Shown here: in pieces, positions 56,830-64,000 of the stretch
Layout of the letters: each line of letters opens with the position of its first letter
Position numbering within the stretch: the first letter of the stretch is position 1
Origin: an uncultured Armatimonadetes bacterium
GTDB taxonomy: Bacteria > Armatimonadota > Hebobacteria > Hebobacterales > Hebobacteraceae
Assembly: GCA_963716175.1 (NCBI GenBank)
Contig: OY970296.1
Location: 3,533,684 to 3,597,683, forward strand
Direction: 5' to 3'
Length of the DNA stretch: 64,000 bases
Position numbers and translations under genes: made by a program
Notes under the pieces: model-generated
What the model was told of the DNA's origin: nothing
The model's input: the letters and a program-made list of their open reading frames with translations, nothing else
The model's database searches: none

Positions 56830-57761
56830 GCGGCGATCGGGGCAGGGGAGGAGACCGGCTCTGGTGGGCCGCGCTCAGCCAGGTGGAAGGGCTGGGCGCT
56901 GCCGGACTGCTGCGCCTGGCACGGGCCTTCGGATCGCCGGAGGCCGCGCTCCAGGCTTCGCCGCAGGAGCTGGTGACTCGCGGGCGTCTCACAGTCCAGC
57001 AGGCGCAGGAAGTGAAGCTCGCCGCCGCATCGCTGCCCGCGGTGGAGCAGCGCATCGCCGCCTGGGCGCGCGCGGGGATCGAGCTGATCGCGGCGGGCGA
57101 GCCGGGCTATCCACTGGGCCTGACGGATCTGAAGGCTCCGCCGCCCCTGTTATATCTGAGAGGTGAGCTCAGGCCGGAGGACCGCCGCGCAGTGGCGGTG
57201 GTGGGGACACGAGAGCCTACCCGCGAGGGCGAGCTGATCGCCGAGCGCCTGGCCCAGGGGCTGGCCGAGCGGGGCCTGACCATTGTCAGCGGACTGGCGC
57301 GAGGGATTGACACCGCTGGGCACCGGGGCGCGCTGGCGGCGCAGGCCGGGCGGACCATCGCCATCCTCGGATGCGGCCTCCTCCGCATCTACCCTCCGGA
57401 GAATACTTGGCTATCCGAGGAGATCGCGCACCGCGGCTGCCTGATGGCCGAGGTTCCCCCAGAGACCGAGGTCAACCGCCGCTTTCTGCTGGCCCGCGAT
57501 CGCCTCCAGGCCGCATCGTCTCGCGCGGTGATCGTGGTGCAGGCTCACCGCGAGTGCGGCAGCATCGTCACCGCCAGCCACGCCCGCGCCTGCGGGCGGC
57601 TGCTCCTTGGGGTCCCGTGGCCGCGGCCGCCGTTCTCGGAGGGATGGGACAGGCTGCGCAAGCTGGGAGCGCAGCCAGTTGACCCTGAAGGGGACCTCGA
57701 CGCGGTCGCGGAGCAGCTTGACTCCTGGACCGGCCCGCCTGCCCAGTCGCCCCTGCTCTAG
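56811..57761 (+). CDS. dprA: DNA-processing protein DprA (Smf)
   Basis: GLARGID..AH..AL Rossmann-like DprA core. Confidence 0.85.
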   Translation: MPGAGVSGDRGRGGDRLWWAALSQVEGLGAAGLLRLARAFGSPEAALQASPQELVTRGRLTVQQAQEVKLAAASLPAVEQRIAAWARAGIELIAAGEPGYPLGLTDLKAPPPLLYLRGELRPEDRRAVAVVGTREPTREGELIAERLAQGLAERGLTIVSGLARGIDTAGHRGALAAQAGRTIAILGCGLLRIYPPENTWLSEEIAHRGCLMAEVPPETEVNRRFLLARDRLQAASSRAVIVVQAHRECGSIVTASHARACGRLLLGVPWPRPPFSEGWDRLRKLGAQPVDPEGDLDAVAEQLDSWTGPPAQSPLL

Positions 57762-59933
57762 ACGGCCCGGCGCCGGAGCCGCGGCCCTAGCCAGAGCCCC
57801 GCGCACACCGCCAGCGCCAGGAAGCTGATGACGCGGCCGATAACCAGCCCGCGGGGGTGGTAGAGGAACTCCACAGTGTGCTTGCCCTTCGGCAGCGGGG
57901 TGCCCATCAGCACGCTGTCTACGGTCACAAGCGGCGCCGCCCGGCCGTCCAGGCGGACTCGCCATCCGCGATCCCAGCGGTCATTCAGCACCAGTAGACC
58001 ATCGCGCTCGCACTCGGCCCGCACTATCACTCGTTCCGGCCGAGGCTCCTCGACGGTGAGCTTCGCGGGAGCAGACGCAGCCCCGCGCAAAGCCCCCATC
58101 TCGCCCTGCACCACTGCTGTCTGGCCCAACCTGCTGGCCCTGCTCAGCTCCACGGTGCGCCGGCGGGCCTCGTTCGCGTCTCGCGCCGGCAGTACCTCTG
58201 ACAGCACGAAGGCTCGGGGGAACGCGCCCTGGTTCCGGGTAGATGACAAAGGGTCCGACCCTCGTTGCCGGCACCCCCGGCAGGTTGGCCTGGGGAGGGA
58301 GCGCGAGATAGCGGGTCCCCACTACGGACAGCAGCCGCAGGTCTCCGGTCTGTGCTGCGGCCAAGGCCGACCGGAAGAAGCGCTCGTGCTCGGGGTCGGT
58401 GAACGTCGCGTAACCACCGATGATGCGAATCCCATAGGACTGAGGGACATCCGCGGGAAGCAGCACGCGCGCTTCCACCCAGCCGTCGGGGTTGCGCGCC
58501 CAGCCACCTGGCGGTACCCACTTGGCGTCAATGGTCGAGGCCGGCACGATCCAGGCCCGCCACCAGGTGGTGTCACTCAGCAGGGCCTCGGCGGCGGGAT
58601 TGGGTGCGGTGAGAACCATCGGGTCGCTCATCGGCGCCAATGTGCGATCGAACCAGACCAGATCACCGGCCGCGAACGCTGCCGCCACCGCTCCCAGGAC
58701 CAGCAGCCGGCGACCGCGGCCCATCGGGCGCCAGCTCGCGAGCACATCCCATCCCTGCCCAGCGAGCAACGCTGCCGCGAAGGTGAACAGGAAGATATAG
58801 CGGGCCGGCACTCGGAACTCCGAGAAGCCTGGCACGAACCGGAGCAACTGGTAGAGCGGGTTGCCCCGGGCCAGAGCCAGCGCCAGCGCGACCACGCCCA
58901 GGCCGGCGAGGGGCCAGCCGCGTCGGCGAGTAGCGCCCACCAGGGCGAGGGCGAGAGGCACCAGGCCGATGTAGAGCACGTACTCCCAATAGTAGTTCTC
59001 TCCGGTATAGCTGTTGAAGGCCGGCGTACCCTGCCAGTTCGGCCGAATCAGTCCAAACAGGTGCTTGGGAAGCAGGGAGAATGAGGTGACATAACGCAAG
59101 CTGCCCCGTTCGCCGTGGGGCGCGGCCGCCGCCAGGTCATAGGTCATCAAGAGCTGGACCGCGGCCAGCCCCAACCCGAGAGCGAGAATCGCCACCAGCA
59201 ATCCAGCCGCGCGCCGCAGCGGCCATCGCCGCTCGGCCCGGCGCGAGGCCGCCCACCGCCAGCCCACCCAGAAGAGCACGATCAGGGTGATCTGAAACAG
59301 AGTCTGTGGATGGCCGCACAGGGCGCTGGCGGCCCAGGCCGTGCCCGCCAGCGCGGCATTGGGCAGCAGGGGTCCGCGCCAGGCGCGCTCGACGAACAGG
59401 ATCACGACCGGCAGCCAGCTGGCCGCGCAGAGCAGGCTGACGTGCTGCAGATGCGCGAACAGGTAGCCACCGAAAGAGAAGGTGAGAGCGGCCAGCCAAG
59501 CCGAGAACGGCGAGAGTCCGAGCAGTCGGGCGAGCAGATACATGGAGACCGCGGCCAGCAGCAGATGCGAGATCACCAGCCAGTTGATGGCGCCGGAGGA
59601 GGGGAGGAGCCACGAGAGCAGGAGGGAAACCGGGTAGAAGACGGCGATCTGACCCTCAGCCGCGATCGGATAGCCGCAGAAGAGGTACGGCGACCACAGA
59701 GGAAGACGTCCGGCCCGCAAGCTCTCGTGCAGCAGCGACTTCGCCGGCTGGAAGAAGTAGCAGATGTCGCTCAGCAACACAAAGCCCCGCAGCACCGCCG
59801 CCCGCCACAACAGGACCATTTGCAGCGCCACCAACGAGCCGATGGCGGCGCCGTCAGTGCGCCACCGCCAAGACCTCGAGGCTGGGGCGTTGCCGGTCTG
59901 ACGAGGGCCGACTGCTCGTCTACGTCTGGGCAT
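57758..59933 (-). CDS. YfhO-family GT-C membrane protein, frame broken near 58216-58232 (C5 run)
   Basis: 650-aa N-part plus 163-aa C-part (…PKGKHTVEFLYHP) in different frames overlapping 57981-58249. Confidence 0.7.
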
Positions 59934-60124
59934 CGTAAGTCACTCTTCTGGTTGGGAAGAGGGCAAACCTACTGGAGCCGGCCTCTCAGGCTTTAGGTCC
60001 GATAATAGTTCTTATGTTACATTTCTACCCAGGACCCCGCTGGCTCTGAGGGGCGGCTTAGCTAGCCTGGAATGCCGCGAGGGGCGTTCGAGGGCAGTGC
60101 CCGCGGCCGGAGGTGGACGCCTTG

Positions 60125-60862
60125 CTACCCCCGGGCGTTGGTGGCGTGGGCCACGTAGAAGACGCGGTCGCTCATTGCGGTTGGCGGAGTGACGCGGTAG
60201 GCGTCGTAGCTGCGGGTGTCGCTGAACGCGGCCTCGAACAGTAGAAGGCGCAGTTCGGCATCGGTGTACGCGCGCTGGCGGTGGGTCAGGCTAAACTGCT
60301 CCTTCGCGGGCAGGATCTCGAAGTGCATCCGGATGCTGCTGATCCGGCTCTTCGCATCATACTTGCTCAGCCAACGGTACTTCACGTCGGCCCCCTCCTG
60401 GCTGGCCTGCGTGAATAGCTCGGCCTCGAGTGCGCGCACAGTGTTGACATCGAAGATGAGCAGACCGCCGGGCTTCAGCGCGGCGTGGCAGTTAGCAAAC
60501 GCGCGTTTGAGGTTATCCGGATCCAGAATGTAGTTGAGGCTGTCATAGAGGCAGACCGCGTGATCGAAGTTGGCTGGAAGCTGGAAGTCACAGAGATCGC
60601 GGCAGATGAACTCCACCTCCAGCCCGCGCGCGGCCGCCTTCCGCCTCGCCTCCACCAACATGGGCTGCGAGCGGTCCACCCCGGTGACCACGCAAGCGCG
60701 CGCCGCGAACTCCAGCGCCACCGATCCAGTCCCGGTGGCGAGGTCCAGCAGATGCGTCCCCGGCCGAATCAGCCGGCCCGAGAGGGCGGCCAGCTCGGAG
60801 ACGTAATCCGCCCACCGGGGGTAGGGGACTGAGGACATCGAGCGCGTCGTAGTAGGGGGCAA
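60125..60862 (-). CDS. class I SAM-dependent methyltransferase
   Basis: LDLATGTGSVA motif I. Confidence 0.8.
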   Translation of the reverse strand: MPPTTTRSMSSVPYPRWADYVSELAALSGRLIRPGTHLLDLATGTGSVALEFAARACVVTGVDRSQPMLVEARRKAAARGLEVEFICRDLCDFQLPANFDHAVCLYDSLNYILDPDNLKRAFANCHAALKPGGLLIFDVNTVRALEAELFTQASQEGADVKYRWLSKYDAKSRISSIRMHFEILPAKEQFSLTHRQRAYTDAELRLLLFEAAFSDTRSYDAYRVTPPTAMSDRVFYVAHATNARG

Positions 60863-60920
60863 GGCGGGCGAACGGATCTGGCTCCCGCCGGCCTTCCTGC
60901 TTCATCCCGCCGCCCCTCCC

Positions 60921-61955
60921 CTACTCCGGCAGTACCAGTTGCCGACCCACTGCTGCCGCCACTCGCGCCGCGGCCCGCATCAGCTCGGCGAATTTGTCCG
61001 GGCGCAGGGACTGGGGCCCATCTGACAGCGCGGCCGACGGATCTGGGTGAACCTCCACCATGATGCCGTCCGCGCCGGCGGCGATCGCGCCCAGGGCGAT
61101 GGCGGTGACATAGCGCCAGTCTCCAGCGGCGTGGCTGGGGTCAGCGATCACTGGCAGGTGGGTGAACCGCTTGATCACGGGAACTGCGTTCACGTCCATG
61201 GTGTAGCGGGTGGCGTCCTCGAAAGTGGTGATCCCCCGCTCGCACAGCACCACATTCGGGTTGCCCTCCAGCATGATGTACTCGGAGGCCATCAGCAGGT
61301 CGCGGATGCGGCAGCCGGGGTTGCGCTTCAGCACCACCGGCTTGCCTGTCCTCCCGACCTCCTGCAGCAGTCGGAAGTTCTGCATGTTGCGCGCGCCCAC
61401 CTGGATCGCGTCAGCATATTCCGCGATCATCGGCAGATCGCCGGGATGGAGCACCTCAGTCACGATCGGCAGCCCGGTGAGCCGGCGCACTTCAGCCAGA
61501 ATCTCCAGCCCCTCCACCCCCAGTCCCTGGAAGCTATAGGGCGAAGTGCGCGGTTTGAAGGCCCCGCCTCGCAGCAGGTTCGCCCCCGCCCCCTTGACGG
61601 CCCACGCCGTCTCCAGCATCTGCTGCCGGGTCTCGACGCTGCAGGGCCCCGCGATCACGGCCAGCCGCGTCGCCCCGATGGTGACAGGCCCCACCTGCAC
61701 CAGGGAAGGCTCGGGGTGAGTGCGGCGCGAGGCGAGCTTGTAAGGCTCGGAAATGAGGGTGACGCGCTCGACTCCGGGGAGGGCGGAGAAGTGATCCACC
61801 AGCTCGGCCTTCTCGGCATCCATCGCCCCCAGCAAAGCGATCACCTTCCGCTCCACTCCGGGGTTGATGAATGGGCGGAAGCCGGCCTTCTCCACCGCCC
61901 GCAGGACGGCCTCGACCTCCGCCTCCGACGCCCCCGCCTGCATGATGATCACCAT
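60921..61955 (-). CDS. aroF: 3-deoxy-7-phosphoheptulonate (DAHP) synthase, type I-beta with N-terminal ferredoxin-like regulatory domain
   Basis: AGPCSVE, KPRTSPY, GARNMQN motifs. Confidence 0.9.
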   Translation of the reverse strand: MVIIMQAGASEAEVEAVLRAVEKAGFRPFINPGVERKVIALLGAMDAEKAELVDHFSALPGVERVTLISEPYKLASRRTHPEPSLVQVGPVTIGATRLAVIAGPCSVETRQQMLETAWAVKGAGANLLRGGAFKPRTSPYSFQGLGVEGLEILAEVRRLTGLPIVTEVLHPGDLPMIAEYADAIQVGARNMQNFRLLQEVGRTGKPVVLKRNPGCRIRDLLMASEYIMLEGNPNVVLCERGITTFEDATRYTMDVNAVPVIKRFTHLPVIADPSHAAGDWRYVTAIALGAIAAGADGIMVEVHPDPSAALSDGPQSLRPDKFAELMRAAARVAAAVGRQLVLPE

Positions 61956-61970
61956 CGGTCAAGGCCTCGG

Positions 61971-62414
61971 CTAGAACGCGTCGCCACCGGCATGGCTGGC
62001 GCGGGCCAGCACTTCCTCGGTGGCATAGATAGGCGCTTCCGCGCGCAGAGCCAGGGCCACCGCATCCCCGGGACGCGCCGGGAGCGAAATCTCATCTCGC
62101 CCTGCCAGCAAGTGCAGGCTGGCGTAGAAGGTGTCCGCGCTGAGATCGTCAATCACCACTCGCTGGAGCGCGGTCGAGAGCCTCTCGATCAGACGCAGGG
62201 CGAGGTCGTGGGTGAGGGGCCGGGCCACGATATGCTGCTGGAGAGCCACGTGAATCGCTAGCCCTTCACAGGAGCCGACGGGAACCCGCAGCTCGCGGGC
62301 GTCCCCATCCCTCAGAATGAGCAAGGGGACTCGTTCCTCACCCTCGGGAGGATCCGGCTCCTGCTCGAACACACCAACGACTTCGACCTTGACCTCATCC
62401 TCACGGGTGGCCAC
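61971..62414 (-). CDS. bifunctional nuclease family protein (BFN/DUF151)
   Basis: RPLTHDL, TFYA, RP.DA.ALA motifs. Confidence 0.8.
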   Translation of the reverse strand: MATREDEVKVEVVGVFEQEPDPPEGEERVPLLILRDGDARELRVPVGSCEGLAIHVALQQHIVARPLTHDLALRLIERLSTALQRVVIDDLSADTFYASLHLLAGRDEISLPARPGDAVALALRAEAPIYATEEVLARASHAGGDAF

Positions 62415-62444
62415 ACCAGCCCTCCTGAGGCCTCCCCCGCGGCT

Positions 62445-63710
62445 TCACTTCGACTCCTTGTTCAGCTCCCGCTGCACCCACTTGAGGAACTCGGCATTAG
62501 ATGAGGTCTTGCGCAGGCCGGTCAGCAGCAGCTCCGTCGCCTGGGTAGTGTCGAGCGCGTTCAGCACCCGGCGCAGTTGGTAGACCCGCTGCAGCTCTTC
62601 TTCCGAGAACAGCAGTTCCTGGTGGCGAGTGCCGGAGCGCTGAATGTCAATCGCGGGGAAGATGCCGCGGTCCGCCATGGAGCGATCGAGCACCACCTCC
62701 CAGTTGCCAGTGGCCTTGAACTCCTCGAAGATCATGTCGTCCATGCGGCTTCCGGTCTCGACCAGAGCAGTGGCGATCACCGTCAGGCTGCCGCCTTCCT
62801 CAATGTTGCGGGCGGAAGCGAAGAAGCGCTTGGGGCGATAGAGGGCACTGGGGTCTAGGCCGCCGGATAGGGTACGGCCGCTGGGCGCCACCGTGAGGTT
62901 GGAGGCGCGGGCGAGACGGGTGAGGGAATCCAACAGCACCACCACATCCTTGCCTGCCTCTACCAGCCGCTTGGCGTGCTCCAGCACGATCTCCTGAAGC
63001 TTGAGGTGATTCTCGGGCACCTCGTCGAAAGTGGAGGCGGCCACTTCCCCATCCACCGAGCGTCGGATATCAGTCACCTCTTCCGGCCGCTCGTCAATCA
63101 GCAGCACCATCAGGTGGGCTTCGGGGTGGTTGGTGGTGATGCTGTTCGCAAGCTGCTTCAGCATCGTGGTCTTGCCGGCCTTGGGCGGGGAAACGATCAT
63201 TCCTCGTTGGCCCTTGCCCACCGGCGCCACGATGTCTATGAAGCGGCCGGTGACGGCGGTGGGCGATGTCTCCATGCGCAGCCGCTCCGAGGGATAGACG
63301 GGGATCAGCTCGTCGAAGCTCTTGCGCTGGCGCGCTGCCTCCGGCGGCAAGCCGTTCACCGCCTCCACTTTGAGCAGGCTGTAGTAGCGCTCCCCGCTCT
63401 TGGGCAGTCGCACTGCCCCCACCACCGTGTCCCCGGTCTTGAGGCCCAGGCGCTTGATCTGGGATTGGGACACGTAGACGTCTTCCTGGCTGGGCAGGTA
63501 GTTGCGCACCCGGAGAAACCCGTACCCCTCTGGCAAAATCTCCAGCACTCCCTGGGTCCAGATCAGGCCGTTCCGCTCTGCCTGGCGCCGCATGATCTCG
63601 ACCATTAGCTCTCGCTTGCGCAGCTTCTCGTACTCAGAGACCGAGAGCTCCTTGGCGATCCCTTGCAGGTCGTCCAGGCTCTTCTCTTCCAGTTCCTGTA
63701 GTTCCAGCAC
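62445..63710 (-). CDS. rho: transcription termination factor Rho
   Basis: N-terminal RNA-binding domain, Walker A GKT, Rho Q/R loops. Confidence 0.9.
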   Translation of the reverse strand: MLELQELEEKSLDDLQGIAKELSVSEYEKLRKRELMVEIMRRQAERNGLIWTQGVLEILPEGYGFLRVRNYLPSQEDVYVSQSQIKRLGLKTGDTVVGAVRLPKSGERYYSLLKVEAVNGLPPEAARQRKSFDELIPVYPSERLRMETSPTAVTGRFIDIVAPVGKGQRGMIVSPPKAGKTTMLKQLANSITTNHPEAHLMVLLIDERPEEVTDIRRSVDGEVAASTFDEVPENHLKLQEIVLEHAKRLVEAGKDVVVLLDSLTRLARASNLTVAPSGRTLSGGLDPSALYRPKRFFASARNIEEGGSLTVIATALVETGSRMDDMIFEEFKATGNWEVVLDRSMADRGIFPAIDIQRSGTRHQELLFSEEELQRVYQLRRVLNALDTTQATELLLTGLRKTSSNAEFLKWVQRELNKESK

Positions 63711-64000
63711 CTCTCCCGCCCTCTCTACGCCGCGCTGGTAAGCAGTGTCAACGACGAAGGCCGCGCGGCCTGCTATGACGATGCCGGCAAGACTCCCCCG
63801 GCCGGTTCGAGCACATCAGTGGGGATTGTTGCTTGCTTCGGAAATGTCGGGATAAAGGACCCCGCGCGCACGACCAGGATTTCTGCTCCGGGCCTAAGTC
63901 CAGACCGAGCGACGCACGCACATGCTAGGGAATTCAGTCCGGTTACACCACCGCAATTATACCACAAACCTCCCGCTAGGTACACCGACACTGTCACAAT

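Noticed and set aside
1-64000. CRISPR arrays, rRNA genes, transposases/integrases
   Set aside because: No spaced direct-repeat arrays were visible. There are no 16S/23S/5S-like stretches and no ORF with transposase or integrase motifs. The only repeat is the 21-nt IclR-flanking repeat, in two exact copies plus one 19-nt variant.

Overview
This window is a high-GC (about 68-70 %) bacterial chromosomal segment. It is densely coding, with many 4-nt start/stop overlaps (ATGA, GTGA), and the tRNAs carry E. coli-like sigma70 promoters. Gene content points to a high-GC non-proteobacterial lineage (WhiG/FliA sigma, MreC without an adjacent MreB, Isf flavoprotein, archaeal-type NAPRTase, several GT-C envelope glycosyltransferases). 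The taxon cannot be fixed from the sequence alone.

Housekeeping content includes HU, tRNA-Pro(GGG), tRNA-Arg(CCT), tRNA-Ser(CGA), UbiB, Maf, MreC, Pth, SerA, SurE, glutamine synthetase, GrpE, FtsZ, DprA, MTA phosphorylase, DAHP synthase and Rho. A serine/glyoxylate module is present (HpcH aldolase, D-2-hydroxyacid dehydrogenase, class-V aminotransferase, SerA).

The most unusual block is 40.7-52.2 kb. It holds a B12-binding-type radical SAM (TIGR03960-like), a roughly 1,545-aa protein that fuses a degenerate M28/PA peptidase-like ectodomain to an FtsX-type permease, an OPT-like polytopic membrane protein, a Cys-rich hypothetical, a PqqD-family (RRE-like) small protein, a 4-TM FtsX-like permease and an ABC ATPase. 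A SPOR-domain protein, GrpE and FtsZ follow. I read this as a candidate uncharacterised peptide-handling / envelope ABC system.

Other notable features:
- A hicBA toxin-antitoxin pair sits next to tRNA-Ser.
- A tandem-duplicated IclR regulator is flanked by an exact 21-nt direct repeat, with a third near-copy in its promoter.
- A lower-GC block at about 24.5-26.8 kb encodes hypothetical membrane proteins and a small Ada-Zn-domain protein.
- An AmmeMemoRadiSam-type radical SAM has no AMMECR1 or Memo partner nearby.
- Three genes carry homopolymer-associated frameshifts: the HEAT-repeat gene, ftsZ and yfhO. These are most likely sequencing or assembly errors.

No CRISPR array, rRNA or obvious transposase was seen.
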